Origin: a virus
Lineage: Duplodnaviria > Caudoviricetes
IMG/VR virus record: IMGVR_UViG_3300031463_000009
Coordinates: 1 to 57,961 of that record
Direction: 5' to 3' (one strand)
Length of the DNA stretch: 57,961 bases
Position 1 is the first letter of the stretch, and every line of letters begins with the position of its first letter. The notes below the pieces were generated by a model. The model made no database searches. It had not been told where the DNA came from and was given only the letters and a program-made list of their open reading frames with translations. Below are positions 1-8,478 of the stretch, in pieces. Made by a program: the position numbers and the translations under genes.

Positions 1-1386
1 CTTGATTTTCCAGAAGTTTTGGGTGACTACAATTTGAATTACATCCTATATGGGAATACGATACTTACACCCAACTTTGAAACAAGAAAAGTTGTTATTT
101 GCCCACACTGCAGAGAAAAGGTAATATTGTCCGCTACACCAAAGCCAAATTTTGAGGTTGTAATCGGAAGAGGAAAGGACGACCACGATGTGCGTATGAC
201 CTGTTCTAGGTGTTCTAGTAGCTATGGTGCTAAAATAATAGAAGAGCTTGTTCTGCCTGGGCGTGTTAATCTTATCATGTGGGACCTAAAAACCATAGAC
301 ATTCAATATAACAATATAGCTGATACATCTGTATATGTTGTTACTGCATCAAGAAATCAGAGATTGCTAAATCCAAAGACACCAGACGACTTTGAATATT
401 GGCTGGGGTTTCCGATAGATTATATTAGAGCGCTTGTCAAAGGAAAAAGTATGCGTCTTGATTCTGACAAAGTTTTCCACATGCGCTCACCTATATTATC
501 ATCACTATTTCCTGGGTGGGGAATCCCAATCTTATATTTTGCACTTAGAAAAATGCATCACATGGAGGTGGCGTTACAATCTCAGGAAAATCTTATGAAA
601 GACCACTTTAATGTGTACCGTTACGTTTTTCCCAATATGCAAGGTGGTATACCCGGACTTGGGGAAATGAACTTAGCTAAATGGTCTGATACTATAAAAT
701 TAAATCTTCAGAGATATAGACTAGATCCTCTGCGGGTGATGATTTCACCTATCCCAATAGGTTCTGGTGAGATTGGTGGAAAGGGAAAAATGTATGATAT
801 TACTCCAGAGATTCAGGAGTGGACTAAACAATTAATAGCTACAACTGGGGCACCACTTGAGTTGGCTTATGGAGGTTTGTCTTGGAGCGGATCTAATGTT
901 TCTTTAAGGATACTTGAAAATACACTTTTAACTCTTAGGAAATATGACCAGAAGCTGATAGATTGGGTTATTAAACAGGTTGCAAAGGCCTATCCTGGGT
1001 TGACCCCGATAGAAGTCAAATTAAGCCAGTTTAGAATGGCTGAGGATGTTCAGAGGAAAAACATGGCTGGTAGCCTGTATGGACAAGGCTTGATTTCGGC
1101 TACAACTCTTATGGCAGAGAATGGATTTGATCTTGAAGATGAGATCCGTAAGAAAGAGAAAGAACTTGTGCTGTTGGCGAAAATAAAGAAGAAAGAGATG
1201 GAAATACAGGCTGAGATAACACAGGAAGTTTCAAGGGAACAACAGCTTGCCATGATGCAGAACGCCCAAGCGCAGCAGCAACAAGCTCCTGTAAATCCTA
1301 TGAGCGAAAGAGAAAAAGAACAATTAGAGCAGGGTCAAATTCCTACAGCTGAACCGCCAGTCTATCCACCAAGAGGACAAGGCTAA
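1..1386 (+). CDS. Portal protein (5'-truncated by window edge) with Zn-ribbon insertion
   Basis: Frame is open from base 1 (LDFPEVL...). Portal-like features: 'VFHMR..S..FPGWGIP' segment, helical 'KQLIATTGAPLELAYGGLSWSGSNVSLRILEN', 'GLISATTLM' and a Q/P-rich tail. CPHC...CSRC insertion. Confidence 0.7.
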   Translation, partial: LDFPEVLGDYNLNYILYGNTILTPNFETRKVVICPHCREKVILSATPKPNFEVVIGRGKDDHDVRMTCSRCSSSYGAKIIEELVLPGRVNLIMWDLKTIDIQYNNIADTSVYVVTASRNQRLLNPKTPDDFEYWLGFPIDYIRALVKGKSMRLDSDKVFHMRSPILSSLFPGWGIPILYFALRKMHHMEVALQSQENLMKDHFNVYRYVFPNMQGGIPGLGEMNLAKWSDTIKLNLQRYRLDPLRVMISPIPIGSGEIGGKGKMYDITPEIQEWTKQLIATTGAPLELAYGGLSWSGSNVSLRILENTLLTLRKYDQKLIDWVIKQVAKAYPGLTPIEVKLSQFRMAEDVQRKNMAGSLYGQGLISATTLMAENGFDLEDEIRKKEKELVLLAKIKKKEMEIQAEITQEVSREQQLAMMQNAQAQQQQAPVNPMSEREKEQLEQGQIPTAEPPVYPPRGQG

Positions 1387-1412
1387 AAAAGAGGGAGAAC
1401 TAACTCTCCCTC
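1381..1412 (-). terminator. Intrinsic terminator for minus-strand accessory cluster
   Basis: Minus strand reads GAGGGAGA-GTTAGT-TCTCCCTC-TTTTTTAGCC; lies between convergent genes. Confidence 0.75.
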
Positions 1413-1423
1413 CTAGTTAAGCA

Positions 1424-1714
1424 TCAAGCAGGTTCCCAATATCCTGGTTGTTCTTCAAAGATATTCGAAATCATTCGTAAATCATCAATATCTCCGTCGC
1501 TTTCCTCGTTGTTTTCCCATAGGATAGTGGCACAGTGTGGGCATACTATGCTATGCACTCGATAAAAAGCATCTACTTCTTCTGCTTCTTCGGGGTGGTC
1601 TATTTTGCCTATATAAGTTATTATGGTTGAATAGTGTATTTCGAATTCGTTTTCTTTTGATACTTTTGAGCACTCTTTGCATTTATATTTCTTCCACTTC
1701 TCTTCAGATTGCAT
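1424..1714 (-). CDS. Small Zn-ribbon protein
   Basis: CKEC and CPHC pairs; AGGAGG RBS upstream. Confidence 0.7.
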   Translation of the reverse strand: MQSEEKWKKYKCKECSKVSKENEFEIHYSTIITYIGKIDHPEEAEEVDAFYRVHSIVCPHCATILWENNEESDGDIDDLRMISNIFEEQPGYWEPA

Positions 1715-1794
1715 CGGATTCCTCCTTTCAAGATTTATATTTTTTATTACGTTTCAGGAAAGATTAGACAACTTTATTACCTCAAAATATATTT

Positions 1795-1832
1795 TTTATA
1801 AAAAATTTATAAAAAATTTATAAAAAATTTAT
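1795..1832. repeat. Tandem 11-bp repeat TTTATAAAAAA x3.5
   Basis: Exact copies at 1795, 1806 and 1817; partial copy at 1828. Confidence 0.9.
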
Positions 1833-2098
1833 GACTTTTCGTCTTTATCCCCGAAGATCTCAAGTAGAGTATTGGTAATGGCATCTTTAAAAGAAACATC
1901 TCCATAGAAACCAATACTTTCTTCATCTACAAGATTACTTCCGCATTCTGGGCATATTACATCAGTAACTTGAAGATATTCTTCAAACGGCTCTAACGCA
2001 TCAAGTTTCCCTTTTTTAACATTAACCTTTGATACGGATAAATCTAAATCGTTGATTCCTATAAGTTTATCGCATTCTGGACATCTTATCTTAGCCAC
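1829..2098 (-). CDS. Small Zn-ribbon protein
   Basis: Two CPEC motifs; AAGGAGG RBS before GTG start. Confidence 0.75.
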   Translation of the reverse strand: MAKIRCPECDKLIGINDLDLSVSKVNVKKGKLDALEPFEEYLQVTDVICPECGSNLVDEESIGFYGDVSFKDAITNTLLEIFGDKDEKS

Positions 2099-2115
2099 GG
2101 TTACCTCCTTTGATT

Positions 2116-3024
2116 TTAGTATCGTTTAGGTCCAACCAGGTTTATGTGGGGAAGTTTCTTAAACACGCTCCTGCGCGCTTCTCGTACATCCTCTTTTTCT
2201 CTTTTAGCTTTTGGGTGAGCACATCTATTTATTCCGGGTGTTTCTTGTCCTCTAAAATACATGCATTCTACACAGTCCCTGTAGTCTACCCAATTTTTTT
2301 CTTCACTTTTTGGGCAAGTATCAAGAATACATTCTAATTCCGTGATTTTTTCTTTCCTTTTTTTCTGTTTTTTGCTGGTTTGATAAATACCACCAGAGAC
2401 CTTCAAATTTTTTGGCAACTTTGTTATTTTTGTATTGCGTAAGTCCAAGCTTAGACCAACTTCCAAACCTTCAGGAAGTGCTTTGACGTCGGAATTCTGT
2501 AAGAATAAACTGCCACCAATTTTTAGTCCTTTGGGTAATTCCTTAATTTTGCTTCTCGATAGATCCAAGTGACCTTTTACTTTCAAATCCTTAGGCAAAT
2601 GTGTTATTTTTGTCCCACATAAATTTAGTTCATAACCTACCTCCAGGCCAGTTGGAAGCTCTTTTATATCGGTCCCTTGTAGGAGCAAAGTTCCGGTAAC
2701 CTTCAGGTTGTTTGGAAGCTTCTTTATTTTACTTCCAGATAAATCTAAGTCTCCTTGGATGGTAGCTCCTGGAGGCAGAACTTTGCTGACCAGTACATCC
2801 CAGCTTTCAAAATTTTCTACTATGCAAGATCTATATAACTCGTCTCTACCGTCATCACATTTTATTTTTATGTTATTTTTTCCTGGGCCTGTCCACGTGG
2901 CTTCCACATAGCTTCCTGGGGGTAGTTTCCTTTTTATGGCAGTATCTATGTGGGATGTAGGATTATCAAAATAAATTATTGGTTCCTGTTCTTTTGTAAG
3001 CACCAATGAAACAAACTTAGTCAT
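2116..3024 (-). CDS. Leucine-rich-repeat protein with C-terminal Cys-rich domain
   Basis: About 6.5 copies of a 20-aa repeat LPxxLxVxGxLxLxxSxIxx; C-terminal C-x4-C, CxxCxxC, C cluster. Confidence 0.8.
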   Translation of the reverse strand: MTKFVSLVLTKEQEPIIYFDNPTSHIDTAIKRKLPPGSYVEATWTGPGKNNIKIKCDDGRDELYRSCIVENFESWDVLVSKVLPPGATIQGDLDLSGSKIKKLPNNLKVTGTLLLQGTDIKELPTGLEVGYELNLCGTKITHLPKDLKVKGHLDLSRSKIKELPKGLKIGGSLFLQNSDVKALPEGLEVGLSLDLRNTKITKLPKNLKVSGGIYQTSKKQKKRKEKITELECILDTCPKSEEKNWVDYRDCVECMYFRGQETPGINRCAHPKAKREKEDVREARRSVFKKLPHINLVGPKRY

Positions 3025-3245
3025 TGTTTACTTTCCTCCTTTTTTTCAGTAATGTCCCATCCACTTTCTTTTACAATTTCTTCTGTATCAACATTTTCTA
3101 TTTCAAAGAAATCTCTCCATAGGTTGCCAACAACTTTGATTTCTTTAACTTTTCCGGCTCTGAATTTCTCAAGAGCACTTTCTGCACTTTCAGCTTCAAC
3201 TAAGGTTTCGAATTCATCTCTGTAAGTTACTCTGTATGTTGGCAT
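3021..3245 (-). CDS. Hypothetical protein
   Basis: ORF with AAAGGAG RBS; overlaps both neighbours. Confidence 0.7.
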   Translation of the reverse strand: MPTYRVTYRDEFETLVEAESAESALEKFRAGKVKEIKVVGNLWRDFFEIENVDTEEIVKESGWDITEKKEESKQ

Positions 3246-3576
3246 TTTTCTCGACTCCTTTCTCAGTTTGTTTGGAATAAAATAAAGGATACAAATAGTT
3301 CTTGGCTATTGCACATATCCCACGTATTGTTTCTACGTTTTCAGGATGATCATCTGCCATCTTCAAATTGTAGTTCTCATCGTCAGAGTACTCTGATGAC
3401 AGAAGCGTCTGCGCGAAACGCTTAAGGTCTTGATAGTTCCAGCAGAATCCATTTCTGTCATAGTGGGCTATAAAGCCCATATGTAGTGTTATAAACTCAT
3501 AGGCATTTTTACTAAGAAGATCAATGTTTTGTTTCTCAAACACCTTTCTAATGTTTTCAACAACACCATTTTCCAT
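3214..3576 (-). CDS. Hypothetical protein
   Basis: ORF with AAGGAGG RBS; first gene after promoter-like motif. Confidence 0.75.
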   Translation of the reverse strand: MENGVVENIRKVFEKQNIDLLSKNAYEFITLHMGFIAHYDRNGFCWNYQDLKRFAQTLLSSEYSDDENYNLKMADDHPENVETIRGICAIAKNYLYPLFYSKQTEKGVEKNANIQSNLQR

Positions 3577-3628
3577 TTTTTCTTTTTCCTCCTTCTAATT
3601 TTTTTAAGCATACATGGTATGTAGCATG

Positions 3629-3667
3629 CTTTCTCGTATTTATATCATTTTTAGGGCTGTTTTTTCA
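3629..3667 (-). promoter_or_regulatory. Putative phage promoter (TGAAAA-N18-ATAA motif)
   Basis: Minus strand TGAAAA AACAGCCCTAAAAATGAT ATAAA; similar layout at four other cluster starts. Confidence 0.5.
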
Positions 3668-3682
3668 AAGGGTATAGTGGGT

Positions 3683-5275
3683 TTATAAAGCATAGTATGG
3701 GTTACCGGGAAGCCAGAATTCTGGTATGGAAACAACTCTTTGGGCGGCTATTAAGGCGAATGTAAGGGCGTGTAAAAAATCATCTGGTTTGTCTATGCTT
3801 CTGGCATATCTGAATTTGGTTTCTCCTGTACGCAGTTGGGTTTCCTCTATATACACGGTAGTAAGGTCATCTCCGAACTCAGGTATGAACTGGTCAGCAG
3901 AGTAAAAGCTGATTTTCTTGTTTTTTATTAGATGATAGGTATCAGATACGACCATAGTCCTATTTGTAACTAGTCTATAGCCTTCTGCATCCCATTTGAA
4001 TTTTTCAGATGATTGGCCTACATAGGCTATAGGCAGGACTTTGTCTTCTCCAACCTGTTTCATCAGGTCTTGATTCCATTTGAATCCAAACCCCCAGTCA
4101 GCACCGACTATTTTGCAATTGAACGCTTTGATCCATTTTACAAGGTCATTTAGAGCAAGTTCTGGATGAGCTTCTATACCTGTATAACGTTTTGCAAATA
4201 AGGTATCAAATCTTGCACCATTCCAACAAATTATTACTAATACTGTGTATGACTTTAGTCCAGGTCCCCAGTCTACGCCGGCTATATTTAATGTGTGCTT
4301 TGGGGCTTTTGATGGATCTGTCAATTTCTGATAAGACCCACAGACCGATTTTAGTGTATCAAGAGTGAGTATGCCTGTTCCGAAGTCGTATGCTTCACCG
4401 AGTATTTCATTATAGAACTTAGATGTAGGCCACCTTTTCATCTTTGCGATGATTTCTTGCCAAGCTTGCTGATTTAATGCATACTTTGGGTTCAATATCT
4501 GATTGAAGTGGTATCCTTCAAATTCAGCTTCTTTGGCTCTTACCCATTCTCCATTTCTTACGTCTACTGGTCCTTTACATTTAGTGCAGATTGGTCCGTT
4601 TTCTCCTATCATATCTATTGTTGGAAAATTGTGGTGCCCGCAAGCATCGCACCGCATTACCCATTCACAGGCGGTAGAGAATTTAGAGTATAGCTGACTA
4701 AGATAGTTTGACTGGGTAAGAGGTGTCCCAGCTATAAATATTTTGTATTCCCCAGGGAACATCAGTGTGCACGCTTCAATTATGAAGAAAGCATCTTCTG
4801 GTATCTCCTGAGCTTCGTCGATACACAGAACTTTTCCAGTATAGGTTCTTAGCTGATCGCCTCTAGTATAAGCTGTTCTGACCCTGATTATAGAGCCTGT
4901 TCTGGTTTCAATATCTCTAATAGGAATGGGGTTTTTGAAAAGACTTGATAGACCTGGAGAATATTCTATTACAGACCTTAATCGGTCTTTTCCAAAAGCT
5001 TTGGCTTTGTCATCTGAACTTGATACATAAAGCTCTTTTATTGGATGCTCAAGTATCGCATGTGTTAGTAATATGTTTCCCAAGGTGGTGCTTTTACCGA
5101 TCTGACGAGAGCATTTGAATATTATCTTTCTGGATGGGTTATCGTAAGCATCACGAAGATAGTGCCAATTGTCGAACCCACATTTACCCTCCCATGGGTT
5201 GCCATCCACTCTAATTAGTTTGCTTACGAACTCGCTAGGTTTTATTCCTTGTTTTTCAGCTGCTTGTTCGCTCAT
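3683..5275 (-). CDS. terL: Terminase large subunit
   Basis: Walker A 'KCSRQIGKST', Walker B 'LCIDEAQE', 'AGTP' coupling motif, CDAC/CTKC Zn ribbon, nuclease 'IAGVDWG' and 'PDDFLHA'. Confidence 0.92.
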   Translation of the reverse strand: MSEQAAEKQGIKPSEFVSKLIRVDGNPWEGKCGFDNWHYLRDAYDNPSRKIIFKCSRQIGKSTTLGNILLTHAILEHPIKELYVSSSDDKAKAFGKDRLRSVIEYSPGLSSLFKNPIPIRDIETRTGSIIRVRTAYTRGDQLRTYTGKVLCIDEAQEIPEDAFFIIEACTLMFPGEYKIFIAGTPLTQSNYLSQLYSKFSTACEWVMRCDACGHHNFPTIDMIGENGPICTKCKGPVDVRNGEWVRAKEAEFEGYHFNQILNPKYALNQQAWQEIIAKMKRWPTSKFYNEILGEAYDFGTGILTLDTLKSVCGSYQKLTDPSKAPKHTLNIAGVDWGPGLKSYTVLVIICWNGARFDTLFAKRYTGIEAHPELALNDLVKWIKAFNCKIVGADWGFGFKWNQDLMKQVGEDKVLPIAYVGQSSEKFKWDAEGYRLVTNRTMVVSDTYHLIKNKKISFYSADQFIPEFGDDLTTVYIEETQLRTGETKFRYARSIDKPDDFLHALTFALIAAQRVVSIPEFWLPGNPYYAL

Positions 5276-6039
5276 GGTTTATCTTCTGAACTTGGTTTTT
5301 TCTTTATGAAATATTGCCAGAATTTAGGTTCATCTGTCATCAGATAAGACCCTATAGGTATAGATTTTCCGAAGAAATTTTTGGCTTCTTCAGGAAGACT
5401 GTTTTTAGCTTTGTCAAGTATATTCTTCATTTCATCCCAATCTCCAATTCTTACTTTGACAAACAATTCATCTACATTAGCGGGGAGTATGCAAAACTTG
5501 TATAGGTTAGGGATAACCATCCATTTGGTGAGGAACCCTGGGATAAACTCGCTGATTTTTTCTCCGGTGTTTGTCAGCACATATCCTCTTTCTCCCGCAG
5601 ATATTTCGGCCAAAGAAGCTAAGAAACCTCCTTTTTCTTTATATATATTTTCAGCGACTTGCCTGACCGTGACTTTTTTGTCTGTGTAGTCAGAAAGTGC
5701 CTGCACTAGCGCTGAAAAAAACGGGGCACCATGAAGAGGCTCTTTTAAATCTAGCAAAAAATAACTTGCTATACATATTCCTCCAGATGTTAAATTGAAG
5801 AATCTTAGGACATCTGCGCAGAACGGAAATATGTCTTGCTGATGCTTAAGGAAATAGTCTGCATCGTAATCCAGGTCGCCTCTATCTGTTCTTATGATTA
5901 TTCTTCCCTCTTTACCTGTACCTATGTTTACTACCGCGTATCTTGTAGGTAAAGGGAATACAATAAGGCGATCTTCAGAACGACACAACGCTGCCAGCTG
6001 GCGTGCTTCCGCACTTACGGTTTGAAATTTTTGTGCCAA
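5272..6039 (-). CDS. Hypothetical protein
   Basis: 255-aa ORF, GGAGG RBS, stop overlaps terL start. Confidence 0.75.
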   Translation of the reverse strand: MAQKFQTVSAEARQLAALCRSEDRLIVFPLPTRYAVVNIGTGKEGRIIIRTDRGDLDYDADYFLKHQQDIFPFCADVLRFFNLTSGGICIASYFLLDLKEPLHGAPFFSALVQALSDYTDKKVTVRQVAENIYKEKGGFLASLAEISAGERGYVLTNTGEKISEFIPGFLTKWMVIPNLYKFCILPANVDELFVKVRIGDWDEMKNILDKAKNSLPEEAKNFFGKSIPIGSYLMTDEPKFWQYFIKKKPSSEDKP

Positions 6040-6053
6040 GATTTATCCTCCCT

Positions 6054-6668
6054 TCATTCTTCAGGTTTTTTAAGTTTGCTAAATTCTTCGGGGATTATAA
6101 TCCCATCTACAGGTGTCCCAAGCATTTTTCTCGACGCTAGGTAATCAGCATAGTATAGGGTAAGTTCAAGACTATCGTATTTATCCAAAGGTTTTCTACA
6201 TTCTTCAGGAGTCCATGGTCCCATGTGATAGGTTATTAGCCTGCAAACGGTATTTAAAAAATCCTTTCCACCGTCTCCGTAAGCTGTTGCCAGGATAGAA
6301 CTTTTTTCTTTTATTAATTCTACGGCGATTAGCGGATGTCTCTCATAATCGTTTGTCCCTTTTTCATATTTATCCTTTTTTCCAATGTCATGCAGTATGG
6401 CAGCGCAATATAGAGCTTCTTTATCTTCTTGTGAATTCTGCGCAGCCTCGCATAGTTGATGCACAACATACCCAACCCGTTTTGTATGCACTATTAGACC
6501 TCCAAGTCTATGCGTGCAAGTTGGGTGATGCTTTCCTGAACTACTAGGTGGTATGGCCCAAAAATGATCGGGTATGACTTCGGTTATAGCTTTTTCGGCA
6601 AAAGTTCTAACATGATCCCTCATTTGCGCCAATTCCCATTCAAACATTGCCAATTTAGATTTATTCAT
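6054..6668 (-). CDS. HD-domain phosphohydrolase
   Basis: 'PSSSGKHHP...GGLIVHT', 'AAILHDIGK', 'YHMGPW', 'YADYLAS'. Confidence 0.88.
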   Translation of the reverse strand: MNKSKLAMFEWELAQMRDHVRTFAEKAITEVIPDHFWAIPPSSSGKHHPTCTHRLGGLIVHTKRVGYVVHQLCEAAQNSQEDKEALYCAAILHDIGKKDKYEKGTNDYERHPLIAVELIKEKSSILATAYGDGGKDFLNTVCRLITYHMGPWTPEECRKPLDKYDSLELTLYYADYLASRKMLGTPVDGIIIPEEFSKLKKPEE

Positions 6669-7611
6669 TCAGTGCTTCCTCCCACACTTTATAATCAAGT
6701 ATATAGTTTTCGGCGTATTTTCTGCAAGCCTCTCCAATGTCGTTTCTAAGACCTTTATCGTTGAGCAGTTTCTTTATTGCCGACTCCCAATCTGACGCAC
6801 TATTAGTGACTAATACTGCTGGAGAATCCTCGTAAGGGCCAAAATTCGTGGCTATTATAGGCAGCTTACGAGAACCGTATTCAAGTAATTTAAGGTTGGA
6901 TATACACCTATTAAATTCGTTTGTGATTATTGGTATTACTCCGATGGTCCATTTTTTTGTTGCGAATAGTTGGAACCATTTAGCGGCTACCGTTCCGTGG
7001 GTATGTTTTATAGCTTCATGTTTGAACGGGGGAGGACAGCACACAAATTCGTAGTTGACATTTTTGTAGTTTTCGTCACTAAGAAGCCTTCTTATCGGTC
7101 CAACTAATAGTTTTACATCCTCTATATGATTTATCCCACCTGCGTATCCTATAGTAGGAACATCTGGTTCTTTCATAGGATAGTCGAAATACTCTTTTGG
7201 TACTAAATTTGGAACTACTTTTGTGTTTTTATTGTATTCTCTCATTACTCCAGCTAAGTATTTAGTTGTTACTATTACCGATCGGCACTCCTTTATTATT
7301 TCTAGGGCTTTTTTTCCCTTATTTTTCCATCTTTCGTAGGCTCTTCCTCTGCTACTTGGTATAGCCAAAAAATTATCATCTAAAGAATACACGCAAATCT
7401 TCTTATTTTTCTTCACAAATTGGAAAGTTACCTCATCCGAAGGGAAATACAATATCATTATGTCTGGGGAGTGCTTTTCTTTTACTTCATCTAGGTTCCT
7501 TATTGATGGTACAAGCGCTGTATCATGCTTTTTTCCTAACTCCTTAAATGGGAGGAACGTTCTATAATACCCAGACCCGGATTCTGCAGAGCCTACAAAG
7601 ACTATTTTCAT
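6661..7611 (-). CDS. Glycosyltransferase (GT-B fold, GT4-like)
   Basis: 'SGSGYYR..P', 'YSLDDN', 'VVPN', 'IGYAGG..H..D', 'FNRCISNLKLLEYG...PIIATN..PY'. Confidence 0.85.
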   Translation of the reverse strand: MKIVFVGSAESGSGYYRTFLPFKELGKKHDTALVPSIRNLDEVKEKHSPDIMILYFPSDEVTFQFVKKNKKICVYSLDDNFLAIPSSRGRAYERWKNKGKKALEIIKECRSVIVTTKYLAGVMREYNKNTKVVPNLVPKEYFDYPMKEPDVPTIGYAGGINHIEDVKLLVGPIRRLLSDENYKNVNYEFVCCPPPFKHEAIKHTHGTVAAKWFQLFATKKWTIGVIPIITNEFNRCISNLKLLEYGSRKLPIIATNFGPYEDSPAVLVTNSASDWESAIKKLLNDKGLRNDIGEACRKYAENYILDYKVWEEALNE

Positions 7612-7660
7612 TTAATCCTATTTTTACATATTTTTTGGCAAAAAACAAGGCCAAATATTG

Positions 7661-7700
7661 TGAAAATACGTCACTGTTTTTCGGTATAAATTCATATGAA
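7661..7700 (+). promoter_or_regulatory. Putative phage promoter (TGAAAA-N19-ATAA)
   Basis: TGAAAA TACGTCACTGTTTTTCGGT ATAAA upstream of a small ORF. Confidence 0.45.
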
Positions 7701-7781
7701 ATAGGAAAACACCCCTAGGAAAGCTCAATGAGGGTCATTGAGCAGACCGGGGGGGCTAAATAAACCCAAAAGGAGGTCCAA

Positions 7782-7949
7782 ATGAAATACTTACTGCTGG
7801 TAATTGCGTCCACCGTAATTGGTGGATGCGTATATGGTGTAATGTCCCTGGAACATGGGGCACTTATACCAATTGCACAAGCCATGGTCGTCGTGGCTTG
7901 TGCAACATGGTCCTACCTTCGTGGTAGGTCCAAAAAAATCCCCTGCTGA
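7782..7949 (+). CDS. 55-aa small membrane protein (not in ORF track)
   Basis: AGGAGGT RBS; MKYLLLVIASTVIGGCVYGVMSLEHGALIPIAQAMVVVACATWSYLRGRSKKIPC has two hydrophobic helices and a basic tail. Confidence 0.65.
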   Translation: MKYLLLVIASTVIGGCVYGVMSLEHGALIPIAQAMVVVACATWSYLRGRSKKIPC

Positions 7950-7963
7950 AAAGTAGGGGGTTT

Positions 7964-8039
7964 AAACTTGGGTTGGGGGGGAAATGCCTCCTTGTTCCCT
8001 CCCAACCCGAGGTTGAAAAAAGAAGAACTTTTTTTAGCT
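7964..8039 (+). terminator. Long hairpin plus T-tract terminator
   Basis: AACTTGGGTTGGG...CCCAACCCGAGGTT stem, followed by CTTTTTTTAGC. Confidence 0.6.
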
Positions 8040-8078
8040 GAAAAAAACTTATTTTTTATGTGATAACAATTAGTGAAA
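8039..8078 (+). promoter_or_regulatory. Putative phage promoter (TGAAAA-N18-ATAA)
   Basis: TGAAAA AAACTTATTTTTTATGTG ATAAC. Confidence 0.45.
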
Positions 8079-8176
8079 GGGGGTGTTTATCAAACTAATC
8101 TAAAGAAACAGGTGATTCATAGTCATTTGCGGAATTAGGACGGGGCGTGTTTTGCTTTGATTGAAAGGAGATTAAA

Positions 8177-8449
8177 ATGACTAGAGAAGATTTTGAAGGT
8201 TTAGTTGTAGCAGCACTTGTCGGGTTCGGAATCGGTGCTGCAGCGTCTGCCCTTAAGGCAGCCCTAGCTAGCCAAGGGACAGGCTTAGCCTTGTCCAGGA
8301 AGATCGTTCCTATTGGTCTTGCTTTAACCCAGCAGTATTTGGCAAGGCGTGATTCTGAACCGGTCGATTCAGAATATCATGATGCTAGACCAAGCTGTGA
8401 AGAAGCGAAAGAGATAGTTGAGCTTCTTAGGCCCAATAGGCTTCCTTGA
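8177..8449 (+). CDS. Small membrane-anchored hypothetical protein
   Basis: AAAGGAG RBS; N-terminal hydrophobic helix 'LVVAALVGFGIGAAASAL'. Confidence 0.7.
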   Translation: MTREDFEGLVVAALVGFGIGAAASALKAALASQGTGLALSRKIVPIGLALTQQYLARRDSEPVDSEYHDARPSCEEAKEIVELLRPNRLP

Positions 8450-8474
8450 TTTTTTGAACTGAATCGACTATAAT
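8446..8474 (+). promoter_or_regulatory. Sigma70-like promoter
   Basis: TTGATT-N17-TATAAT directly upstream of the helicase ATG at 8482. Confidence 0.6.
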
Positions 8475-8478
8475 ATCC

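Noticed and set aside
5272-6039. Terminase small subunit call
   Set aside because: Only position supports it; no recognisable HTH or coiled-coil TerS pattern.
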